Assembly (NCBI GenBank): GCA_020137815.1
Contig: CM035360.1
Span: 4,154,001 to 4,218,000 of the forward strand
Length of the DNA: 64,000 nt
Source: Hormiphora californensis
Lineage: Eukaryota > Animalia > Ctenophora
Direction of reading: 5' to 3'
The notes beneath the pieces are model-generated. The model was not told the DNA's origin and searched no databases. It saw only the letters and a program-made list of their open reading frames with translations. Position 1 is the stretch's first letter, and every line of letters begins with the position of its first letter. The position numbers were made by a program, and so were the translations under genes. Positions 38,173 through 64,000 of the stretch are shown here, piece after piece.

Positions 38173-41100
38173 ATGCCCGTTAAGAGGTACCCGCTGGTGA
38201 GGCAGAGAGCTGTTGAAATTGAGGAGGATGATGATGAGGAAATGCCACCTCCCCCTGACATGTCGGATGCGGAGGAGATTACTAGAGGTAACAACCGTTG
38301 TAGTTACCATAGCAACAACTCCTGTAGTTACCACAGGAACAATCTTTGTTAGTGTTACCGTCGTCATGACCTTATATGGCAATAATGTGTAACCATGGCA
38401 ACCTTCCAGATCCAGGACTCAAGGCGATCTCTGATAACATCTACCTGGTCAGTCCGGATATGATCTGTATCTTCAACAAGCCTGAAACCACGATGAGTCC
38501 GACACACCACGCCCGCAGATCCAGCTTGAAGAGACACAAATCTGCAGAGGTAAGTTCCTATATTTCCCTTTTCAACATTTTCGCTCGAGCGAAAAAAGCG
38601 ATCGCTCCGGGTATATGAGTCGATTATAGTCTGTTTTATGTCACAACAAAATTAATACAGCTGTACTTAGGATTATGTGTGTTTGTGACTGTGTTGGTGT
38701 GTGTGGTGAAACGAGGCTAATGTTTCGTTTGCGTATTGTATGAGTCTCGAATTGTGTACTACTTGAATAAGGCGGGATCCCCGTGAGTTGATCCAATCAG
38801 ACGCTTCGTTACCATAGATACTGAATGTCAGTGCGTGTGTGTGTGTGTGTGTCCCTAGCCAAATATATTATACGTGTGGTTTTGTGTGCTCCATGATCCA
38901 GCTCCCTGGTACGTTTGTGTGTGTGTACTTCAATCCCAATTACCCTGTCTCTTGATCCATACACCATATTTATAGTTGTATATTCTGCATTGTTTCACAT
39001 AATTGTAGTTCCTATTGACCGTTGTTTTAGACACCATTTAAACCGTTTTCCAATCCCGTTTCAAGCTCCTAGGTACCATTTAAACCAGTTATTGATCCCG
39101 TTTCAAGTTCTGTATTTATTTCAGGATGCCGCTGACATGAGGGCCTCAAAATATGCGGTTATTGGAGGCAGCTTTATCTTCAGCAACTCCTTCGATGGCA
39201 GACTCTCCCCGACTCTACTGTCTGAGCAACAACATTCTGTAGAGAAGGCTGATGATGTGAAGGACAGTGTTCCGGCCAAGGTGGAGGAGGAAGAAGAAGG
39301 CCCCGTTCAACACACCCCTCGACGAAACAGGGACATCTTCTCCTTCTCAGCATCCTTTGAAGCAGTTTCAAGTCTACCTTCTGCCGCTGTACCAAAGCGA
39401 GCTGCCTCGTTTGACGCCCACACTACCTCCAAGGATGTCACACCTTTCATCTCCCCTCATAAGAAGGATATCATTGCTTTCTTCCTTACCGACACTGGCC
39501 GTCAGAAGTCCTTGGAAAATGAGAGGTTGCTAGAGGAGATACCCAGGGAGACCGTAGCTGAACCTACGCCAGACTGCCTGACCGAAGGGGAGTCTGCCGA
39601 GGAAGGGCAGAACAAGTCTATATTCAGCTTTGTGAGCAGAGAGGGTGCGAAGGGGGACAAGTTGCCACCTCAAGGTGTAGGTGTTATCTCAAGAGCAGCA
39701 GTGGGAGGGGAGATAAAGACATTGAAGAAGTCTTCTCTCACCAACGCAGATATGATATCTTTCTTCTCAAGCGAAGAATCCTTTGTGGATGCACTACACA
39801 GAGATGCAGGGAGATCGGCTGAGCTCTTGAATAGTTATCAACCCCCAAGTGAAGATGATAATGAGGAACCTTTAGCCACACCCTCTGATACTGAGGATGA
39901 GAAAGATATCAAGGTGTTCTTTAACAATGCTGTTACCACATCAACCCCCATAAAGAAAAAGAAGAATATTGTTAATATCGAGGACCAAGAAAATAGTTCC
40001 TATGTGCTGAACCGTAACTCGGTAGTGTCGTTCTACCGAACAGAGGAGAGCTTCCGAAGTGATAGCATTGAAATTGAAGAAGAGGGTGAGATGGTCCAGG
40101 ATAAGAAGCATGTTTTTAACGAGGATGTTAAGGAGGAGGAAGAAATAACTAGCGATATTAAGGTGTTTAGCAACAAGAACGAACCGATAAAGACCGAGAA
40201 TAAGAAGAATGATTCTGCCGTACCAGAACGGAGTAATAGTCCAGTTTTGGTTGTGACCCAAGAATTCCCCGATATCATCTCCTTTTACAACCCTGAGAAT
40301 GACCCGGATAACAGTGATAATGCTGGTGGTGGTAACCGTGGTGATGCGGGTAGTGACCATGGTGATGCGGGTAGTAACCATGGTGATGCGGGTAGTAACC
40401 ATGGTGGTGCGGATAGTAACCATGGTGATACAAACGAATCTTGGATCACTCTCAGTAGTAAACTCATCTCAGATCATCTTCCTGACGATGAAGATGACAA
40501 TGAAGACGAAGAAGAAGAAGACGAAGAAGATGAAGAAGATGAAGAAGGGTTGAAGATTGATATCGACATACCCGGAATGATTCTAGGCGTTGAGACCGAT
40601 TATATGTGGGTGGACCTTGTCCCAGAGGATCAGAGAAGTCCAACGCCTGTTCCCCCTAAGGATGACCAGGACCCCCTAACCATTGAAGATCTGGAAGAAC
40701 TACAAGATGTTAATGAAGATAAAGATGTTAATGAAGATGTTGATGTTGATGACGATGATGATGACTTTTCACAAGTTACCACCTCTGTTATAATTGAAGA
40801 TACCAAGAGTGAGGATGGAACTCCAATCCGGGAAATCAAGGATTTCGATGATTTACCGGATATAGAGAGGGCTATTGATATGATTGATGCCATTGGGGAT
40901 ATCAAGGTGCACCTGGATCTCCCAGAACCGATAATTACACCACCCGATGAAGAGGAACAGGATGATGACAATGACCTAGAGGAACACCAGGTTGAACACC
41001 TGCAAGGGGGCCATGAGGATGATTATTTGTTGTACGAAGATGATTTTGAAGACGATATTGAGAGTTGTGAGGAAGGATTGATGCTCCCGACCCCGCCTCC

Positions 41101-44100
41101 CCCAGCCATTGCAGAGGAAATGGGTCTACTGTTTGATAATGAGGGCATGGAAAATGTGTTACTTACCAAGACTGAGATAGCGGAGATAGAGGAACGAGTT
41201 GCACAAGTTTTAACTGAGGAAAATGGTACTGAAAGTAGTGAATGTGCTCAAATATGTGACGTTGCTGATAGAGTCGCCCAAACATGTGGTGGCACTGATA
41301 TTGGTCAAGTCGCCCAGATTGGCGAAGTTGAAGGAGGGGGATCTCTAAACGCCAACAGCATAACAGGTAAACAAAATGCAGCTGTAAAGCAGTACGTGTA
41401 GCATTCCATATATTATCATAGCTAGTGAGTTACAAATCGATATACTGTCAAGGGTCAAATTGCTCTCTAAATTTTATAATTATAAAATGTTCATAATATT
41501 CCTTTCTTTGTTTCCGCGGAATCGATATAATGTGCGATCAACGAGTCAAGAATAATGACAAGAAAATTGATTCTTGCTTGACTGATCACTGATCCCCCGG
41601 AATTTACTATTTATATACGACCCCACAGTGCGACATCCTGTATAATCTCTTGCTCCACTGTCAGGCCAATGCTCTGACCAAAGTTCTAACGCGCTCCTTA
41701 TTTGAGAGAAATATTAATAAGAATAGGGTCTGGCCAATGCTCTGACAGTTGGCTCCATTGCAACCTATTCTCGCTCCGCGAAGAATAGGCTCCCGGCCTG
41801 TGGACAGCAAGAACTCACGTGCGCGCGATGTAAAGCACGTTTTCAGCAGTGGGACTATCAAATCGCGCGCGATATACTGTTTTAGCAGGCATTTTTAGCC
41901 GACATAGCACTACCAAAACCCCAATTATCGCCTCAATTGGCACTTTGATGTATCGGCGGGTATTTTCCCATACTCACAAGGCCATGACGATTCACCCAGT
42001 ACCCGCAGATTGTCCCAGGACCGAGTAGGAGCTTGCAGCCAGGTCTTTAAAGAATTGCTCATGTTTAGCGTCAATTTTGACCCACTATTCCTCAAATGCT
42101 GATATTCGCGGGTATTTTCCGTAAAACTAGAGACAATTATCTGCCAGGAGCAACAAACGAGATGCAAATCGGTTCAGTAGTTCCTTGCAGCCAGGTCTTT
42201 GAAAAAGTTTGCTCTAAAATCAATAACGCGCCGGAGGCCTAGATGTGAGATCGATCTCGGTCGCTGCGCGACCTCGATCTCACTCAGGCATCAATGTGGC
42301 CAACTCTGACAGTTGCTCCACTAGAAATTGCATTATATATTTGACATTTTAATCAAGTTCAACGGTTTGAGCCGCTTGACACTGTGACAGTAACTAGTTT
42401 CGATTAAAGAGAAACAACGATTTTGCAGTACTAATATTCAATTAAGAACAGTAACTAGTTTGCCTAGCTCGACCCCCTTTTCGCAATCTCCGCCCTTCCT
42501 TCACAAATGTAAAGGAGGGTTAGAACAGAACAATAAATAATGTATAAACGGTATAAGTAGTAATAACTGGTATCAAACAATTACAACAGATATTCAGCGT
42601 TCAACAGATACAATGGTATTACACGGCCACGGAGAGGTCAGAGGATGTGTGGGGGAAATAATCGCGTGGCACTTTTCCAATGCGGTGTTTTAGGGATGGA
42701 AATCAATTCTAAATTTACCGGCCTTTCAAAATACCATTGTTTATTTGATAAAACCCTAATGGACAAGTCCAATGGACATAATAAAACCCACATATCCTAC
42801 CTTATGTACTAATGGATTAGGGCAAACCTTCAATACCATTAGGCTCTGATCGTCATAAACGCCGAAACATAGGGAACAACATGTTTCTGAATGTGCTTTT
42901 CAATAAGAATCCAACGCAACCGGAATTAGCTTTCTATCTTGTCGGAATTATACCATTCAAGTTTAATAATAGAATCTATCTTAGGGGCGTTGTGCCAATT
43001 AAAGTGATCAACTCGATAAAATTTGGCAAATAAAAGGGCACATATCTTTTGGTTGTCCTGAAAAGTGTTAAAATAAAATAAGGAAAGAGTAAGAAAGTCA
43101 GGTTCTGAATAAGGGTGTAAATTGGGTGCAATGCTTGTTTAAAAAGGGCGGCGCTCGAAGTTTACGATTACGACACTCATGTATCTAAAATTATCAATGA
43201 GCTGATATGAGCTGAGTCAGGTAGCCATGACGCACGAGATATTGCAAGAAAGATTACAAAATCACGAACATTGTTACCCAAATTTGTTAACAACAACAAC
43301 AAGTTAAAGTAACGACAATGCAAGAACTACTCGTGCTATAATTGCTATATGTATTATGTATCGTCTCTATTTATAGGATTGGGTATTTAATCTCAGCTAG
43401 CAGTTCACAGCCTTACGCCCCTCTATCACAGAATTAACCACATTATTTTCAGAGACGGAGGTTGATAGCGACGCTGAATATAAGACCCTCTACGAGGCCC
43501 TAAATCGACCTGTTTTGCCACCTATTACTGTAAGTATCCCAGACGTCCTAAACAAACAAACAAACAAACAAACAAACAAACAAACAAACAAACAAACAAA
43601 CAAACAAACAAACAAACAAACAAACAAACAAGCCAACAAAAAAACAAACAAACAAACAAACAAACTATACGTTTCACGTTAACTGATAACTCTTTATCTA
43701 TTGCTTCGTGACAAGTGCATACAAACCGCTTATATCGCGTCGATTGTATAACAATCCAATTTTATCATAATACCAAGATGTTATGTTGCCTGCTTAACAA
43801 TCCTAGCAGGGTATTAAAGGATTTTAATTGGTATGAAGTTAAGACACTGTACAGCAATTCTTCAATAGTCTAACTTGGCAAGAATATGAATTTTTGTGCA
43901 GTGTCATTCATACTTCATACCACACAACTACACAGCTGCTACTGGATAGCATTGCTTCCAGATGACTCAGTAATCCAAACCAAACCAAACCACGCAAATA
44001 AAATCAAATTAATCAAATGATTAAATGTTCTGCACACGTGCAGTATAAAAGCGGAAATCCTCACGTAAAGCAGGCCTAGCTTCAGACTGTACTGCTGCGT

Positions 44101-45003
44101 TTACAACTTTGTCAGTAATGCTAGCACAATATCATATCTTTTATTTTACTTTATGCGAGCCAGTGTCAGAGCCAGTGTCAGCCGTTGCTTAGCAAGACTG
44201 TCTCGTGAAGAAAAAAACAAGTCAGCCGGTGCCTGGACTATACCGACAAAAAACTGGAGAGAGAAAACGGCTTGGGTTTTCTAGAAAAGCGCTGTGTATA
44301 ATAACAATCCAGTGTTATATATAATCGGCTCTCGAAACCTCAATTGTTATAGGATCTATACAATGCAGTTGCCTCACCTGACATACGTGACCTGACATAT
44401 ATGACCTGGTATATATGGGAATAGAAGAGAAAATATTGTAGTAATAAAACACAATTATATGGAAGACAATAAGAATTTTTATAAGATTTTCTTTGGGCAG
44501 TGGTGGATAAGTTGCCACCCCAACTAAACGATATCATTTCAGCGGTTTGACAGTGATGACAGTCTCCCTGAAACGCAGTCCATGGTACGACTCCAACCGT
44601 CCAACACAGCAACAGGATCACGTCCCGGTCCCCCACCTCCGTCACCCAATGTAGACCCCGTAGAACCAACACTTCCTGTTGCCAAGCAACAGCTCCAAGC
44701 GGAACTCTTGTTGGCTGCCAAAAAGCGACAAAACAAGTCAGAGACAGGGAACAATAGGGTGGTCTCAATTAAGAAACGAGATCCCAAGAAACCGTCCCTA
44801 AAAAGCGCAGTAGAACGGATTGTGAAGCTGAAATCACCTAAGGTTCCTAACCAGCCTTCTGCAGAGGTATTTGTGGAAGAGGGTGCTAGTTACGTTGCCA
44901 AGACAACAGAGAAAGGAGAAGGGAGGATCAAAAGGGAGAGGAAACCTAGCTCTATGACGGTGGATCATACTATAAAACAGGCTGTGGCTGCTGCGATTGT
45001 TGG
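38173..45003 (+). CDS. Large acidic, probably disordered protein of unknown family. Exons 38173-38287, 38410-38549, 39125-41366, 43453-43529, 44543-45003; next exon probably begins at 45630
   Basis: Phase-consistent GT-AG junctions; 2.2-kb open exon; D/E-rich with GDAGSNH repeats; no recognisable globular domain. Confidence 0.75.
41658..42312. mobile_element. Family B composite element (655 bp), 8-bp TSD
   Basis: ttgctcca|ctgtcagg ... ctctgacag|ttgctcca; the first 91 bp form a complete short family B unit. Confidence 0.75.
43549..43665. repeat. (AAAC)n microsatellite, intronic
   Basis: Seen directly. Confidence 0.95.
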
Positions 45004-45759
45004 GTGAGTCTTTTAGATATTATATTTTTAGTCACAGGGCACACACGTGGCCTTTAGGCCCAATCAAAAGGTGATAGGTGGACCTGTCAGAAAGATCACA
45101 AACTACTCGACACGTTAAACCTCCACCCATATAATAATCTAGGCCATATTTGTATATTTTTGACAAGATGTGTTTTATAAAATATAAATATTTATATGAA
45201 TATCTCTAAAATTTGCTTCGTTACAGCGAAAGCACTTGAAAACGTAAGGGGGTTATAAACGGTTACCATGTTATCACGTGCAGTATACTCTCTTGTTTAT
45301 ATCTTTATCTACAATCTTCTTATAACCATCCGTTCAAATCACCTCTCCCCATCAAATTTATCATTCTCACAAGTAAATCATGTCTTACTTTCTCGGTTAT
45401 AACTGCTGTCATATATAAATAAATATCAAACTTATAATTCCGAAGAAGTTGTCACCTCAAACTCGTACATGACGTGATGTTTATCACTTGTTGGCATGTG
45501 CACCACACGTTGATATGTGATAGGCACACACGCGAAAAGGGGGGTGACAACTTCCAAAAATTCGATAACCAAGCAAAGCTATAACGAAGATGGCCGTTAA
45601 GCAACGCAATAATTAAGTAATCCCTGCAGGCAAGTCAAAGCGCACCTAACGAACAAAAGAAAGGGAGGTGACACTATCAACTCATGGAGGTCTAAACAGA
45701 GGAGCAACAATAGAAGGAACAGGAATGCCAGCACGTGGGTTCCCGTTCAAGTCATTCCG

Positions 45760-45958
45760 AACAGGGTAAATATAAAGTATAGCACTCGAGGTTTTCAGTT
45801 TGTAACACGGTAAATGTTTGGGAAAGTAGTTCTCGAAGTCGAGGTTTCAGTCTGTAACACAGTAACAGGAAAGTAGCACTCGAGGTTTCAGTTTGTAACA
45901 GGGTATAAAATACCATTTGGGAAAGTATAGCACTCGAGGTTTTTATTTTGTAACAGGG
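45760..45958. repeat. ~45-50 bp tandem repeat tagcactcgaggtttcagtttgtaacag, 4 copies
   Basis: Seen directly. Confidence 0.8.
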
Positions 45959-46759
45959 TGTAAAAGCTGGGCCAGTGAAATCGCCCAACATATAGCTATG
46001 GGTTATGGAGAGATCATTTTATCAATCACATTTGAATAGATAAGAGCGTTTGCCATGGGCGTGAACCCCTGTTGAACTAAAATATCTAATAGACAGATGA
46101 ACTAGAAATGCATTTCATTTTAATTATACTAGAGCTAATAGTGCCATGTTTATACTCTCCACCACTGAACTCGACTACTGCGTTATATCATTTCTTCGTA
46201 TTAAGATCAAGTAGGGTCTGAGAAGACTGAAGATACTACAAATCAGACACATTAAACATGCTAAAAACTATGAAAAAATACAGTTGGCTATTGATCAAAA
46301 ATAAATTTCTGGTATAGGAAGAAATCATTTCTAGAACGCCTATTAAAGTTTTTGCTTCCCAGTGCATGTCAGGTCAATGCTCTGACCACGGTTCTCGTGT
46401 GGCCTCTATGCACTAAGGCATGTCGTTAGTAATACATACCCTACTTTAATTAAAGGGTCTCATCTGAAGGTCCCAGCTTTGAGGGTTGGGATTCTTCTCA
46501 CCTGCCCTGTTAGGTAGAGCAGTGGACGCGAAACTCTCACCTGCCCTGTTGTTTCCAGGTTGATATAAGTTACAGTGAGGTAAACTACGTGGACCGAGAT
46601 GTTGCCATCCCCAACATGACAGGTATAAATTGGGATATCCCCTCTTTCTTCTATCGTCCTGCGCTGTCTCTCTCTCATGTTGTCTCGCCCGCTACGTTTA
46701 ATTCGGGATTCCCAAGAAGAGAGGGGACACTGTACCCAAAGGTAACCCCCCTGTAAGCT

Positions 46760-46824
46760 TTGGTAATGAAATTACCCTTCCGCGCTTTAATATGCAATAA
46801 AAAGGGCCGTTAGTTCTTAACCAA
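46760..46824. mobile_element. Degenerate micro-MITE family A
   Basis: ttggtaatgaaattaccc...cttaaccaa; interior similar to the reverse complement of the 33136 copy; TSD decayed. Confidence 0.55.
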
Positions 46825-46848
46825 ATTCGAGCTGAACGTGACAAAATA

Positions 46849-46930
46849 CAGAACCCCCCGATTTATCGGGAGGATACACCTACCCTGGGAAAGAGTTTAC
46901 CCTTGAGCCCGGTAAATCGGGGTTCTACTG
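46849..46930. mobile_element. Family D-related mini-MITE (82 bp)
   Basis: TA|cagaaccccccgattta ... taaatcggggttctactg|TA. Confidence 0.7.
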
Positions 46931-48362
46931 TATGCGGCCCTATGTAATACAGTCGAACCCCCTCGCCCCCACCATGGGGGTCTCCTCCTAACGCAAGTCA
47001 CAAAAAAGAAAAAACCGTTCAAAGCAAAGCTGTTCAAAGTAGCCCACTGCTGCAACCCCCTGTAAATAGCTAGAAACCCCCTTCCCCCCGATCATAAACT
47101 TCTTCTAGTTCTTTTCCTTTGCTCTCATTTATCCTTTCCGCACCCCCCCCCCCCCCCGGCCGGAGCCTCTTTGTTCTCTTTTACGAGAGGAACTCGGAGC
47201 AAGGCTTCATTTGGTTTTAAAAGACATGACTTATACAGCTCTCTTTACCAAATCATCCCTAGAATTTAGGAAGCCCATCGTACCAGAAATGAAGTTCATA
47301 TATGAATAAATAATGACCTCATTTTCACTTCATTTTGGGCAAATGAAGCTCTTCTTATGAGAGGTTCATTTCTGGTCCGTGCGCCACAGAAGACAACGTC
47401 TCCCTGGGAGACCAAATTTGGTGTCTGTCACCCCACCTGATCGAAGCCGCGACGGGGTCTGAGGTGCAGCACACATGTGCACTAATAAAGTATAACAGCA
47501 TTGAGTATACGGCATATATTGGTGCTAAAAGACTTTAGTAAAGTTTCCGGAAAATTAATAAGAATACTGACATTTAGTTTTGTTTATATGGGCCGCAGCC
47601 ATGGCAGCTGGACTTGATACCGGCCCACAAACTAACTATATTTTAAATGAGAACTGCATCTGAATAAATTCACGAGAGAAATTAGCACTCTCTCAATAAA
47701 AACCTTTATATTGAGATGGGCTTGAATAAAAGACTGCAATTTTCAAGAAAATGATGTAACTTTCTAAGAAATGCACGCAAAATTATTTGTGTTGCGTGAC
47801 CCCATCCCCACCATAAACTAAAAAACAAAGCTGCGCTACTTTTATAGTTTACTACGAGAAATTGAGGTCAAAAGATTTTATGAAAGTTTGAAGCTCTCTT
47901 TTATATGTATATTAACGGTTGCCTAAAATATTTGACTTGGGTATGCAAAATCCTAGTTCAGGTTAATACTATTTAAACTAAGACGGTACATGCTGGCGAT
48001 ATGATTCGTACTGTAAGCATGAGTCCGATACATGAGTCCGACATATAATATACCATTACAAAAGATTCCCCAGATAACTCTTATTCTCGATTCTAAAAGC
48101 ACGACAAAATGATTACACACTTACCTACGTTTTGATCTTTTGAGAACCATCATCCTCAGGATGACATCCTATCTGATTAAACTGTAATGCACCAGTTTAA
48201 TGAGACAAGGCCAAGGAAGGGAGAGAGAGAGATAGAGAGAGATCAGAGAGAGATATCAGCGAGAGAAATAGATAGAGAAATGGAGACAGCAGTGCGCTCA
48301 GACGCCGCCTTTCGACTCAACTAGTCCTGTCAAGATTTAAAAGTTTTATAAACTACTGTATA

Positions 48363-48757
48363 CTGTAAAACCAGATCACGACCATTAGTTTTCGCGATTC
48401 GATCAAAATTGACTATTTTCGCGGTTTTAATTTTCGCTAATCCCACTGCCACCCCCATTTCACGGTCCTAGTCTATTGTCTAACTACGCCAAGAGTGTAG
48501 TCATCATTGGCGTGAGACACCAGACCTGCTTGACGACTTGACGTAGACTAATGAAGTGTGAGCATTTTCTCATTGCTGAATGCTGATTGGGTCTAAGAGA
48601 TCTTATGAACCGATTGCCGTTGACTTAGTACTAAAAGTAAAAATGTGTCATCCTGAAATAATTTGCACGAGTTTTCTGTGAAAAATTGTCCGAAATATTT
48701 TCCAGCCAAAAATAAAGAGCGAAAATTAAACCCTCACGAAAATTAATGGTTTTACAG
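48363..48757. mobile_element. TA-flanked MITE, TIR ctgtaaaacc
   Basis: TA|ctgtaaaacca ... tggttttacag|TA with subterminal ttttcgc/gcgaaaa motifs. Confidence 0.7.
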
Positions 48758-48924
48758 TACTAAGTACTTAACTAGTAGTTTCGAAGACTAGAGATCGAAC
48801 CGATTCTGCGACTGCAAGTATCGTGTTTAGAACCAGTCGTGTTATAGCATCTAAAATTAATTCTCGGTTTTCTAAAATTCGATATATCGGTACAACCGTT
48901 AGACAATTTGTCGCGGATGCTTCC

Positions 48925-49091
48925 TGTTCCTCCTCTCACCATGGCTCACTCCCCTATAATAACGGTTATATTTCCACAGAGAGGAGAGAACCAATAGCAC
49001 GACTATTCAATGTTCCTCCTCTCACCATGGCTCACTCCCCTATAATAACCATTTTATTTCCACAGAGAGGAGAGAACCAATAGCACGACTT
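48925..49091. repeat. ~85-bp direct tandem duplication
   Basis: tgttcctcctctcaccatggctcactcccctataataac...gagaaccaatagcacgact occurs twice. Confidence 0.9.
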
Positions 49092-49226
49092 TTTAATGAC
49101 GTCACGCCCTCCCCACCACGGAAATCTCACGGAGATACCAACAATTCCTCTCCCGTCCGTATGATATCTCCCGCTCCGAACGTTTTCGTTCCAATTGATC
49201 TCCCTCCCTCCGCACACCACACACCA

Positions 49227-63385
<14,159 letters not shown>

Positions 63386-63932
63386 GTTAGTGATTTGGTT
63401 AAAGAAATGAGGGCTGAATATCAATCTAATTACTACATATACACAAAATAGTACAACATATTGCTATTAACTCAACTCCCTCAAACAACTCTTTTCTCCC
63501 CCTACGAGACTCACAATGTTCTGGCAAAGAGATGGTTCCCCATCATCTTCCGTGCAACCTAGTCTGATCCCCTACAATAGAACTCCCTTCTCCTCTCCCC
63601 TCTCTCTCTCTCTCCCCAAAAACTGGCTATCAAATTCAACCATCACAAGATCATCAAATACCAATCCTGACTAAATCTCAGTCACCCTGAGATAGAAACA
63701 GTATAGGAACACGTGGAACCTAACTCGTGTGCCCTACAGAAATTGGGAGTACAAAATATAGAATAAAAAACCGGCACAGATCTCTGCTAGTATTTATATT
63801 ATAAGTAGCTGTCTCACATACCTGCCTTGGAGAGGAGCAAATCTCTTGCGCTCTCTCCATTCTTCGCTCCCCTGTGCAACTACTAATATATAGTTAGAAA
63901 TGGGGAATTTATGAATATATAAATTATAATCA

Positions 63933-63936
<4 letters not shown>

Positions 63937-64000
<64 letters not shown>
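63937..64000. repeat. (CT)n microsatellite
   Basis: Seen directly. Confidence 0.95.

Noticed and set aside
38915-39124. Hydrophobic N-terminus of the 828-aa ORF
   Set aside because: Intronic read-through upstream of the acceptor at 39124; not a real TM segment.

Overview
Intron-rich, transposon-dense eukaryotic (animal) genomic DNA, not prokaryotic. Repeat families and a spliced-leader-like motif resemble, from memory, a ctenophore such as Pleurobrachia; this is an unverified inference. Host genes reconstructed by phase-consistent GT-AG splicing: (1) the 3' part of a ROCO/LRRK-type kinase (COR-kinase-WD40-like; +, 186..11367); (2) a frameshifted class A GPCR (-, 14813..16367); (3) a complete 8-exon class C (mGluR-like) GPCR (-, 23621..28635); (4) a large acidic low-complexity gene with repeated D-I-x-x-F-F motifs (+, from 38173), with probable downstream exons to at least 63385. 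The remainder is mobile DNA. It includes a piggyBac-like foldback > LINE > TA-MITE nest in one intron, a Penelope element with inverted pLTRs carrying putative minimal hammerhead ribozymes, two non-autonomous Helitrons, and Merlin/MULE-, Sola- and pogo-like foldbacks. It also holds several families of extremely small (50-110 bp) TIR elements, one with its TSD proven by an empty site in the window. Most short ORFs in the track are artefacts of repeats. I cannot establish a new biological system from sequence alone; the best leads are the micro-MITE families, the SL-like relic, the ribozyme-bearing pLTRs and the divergent kinase and receptor motifs.
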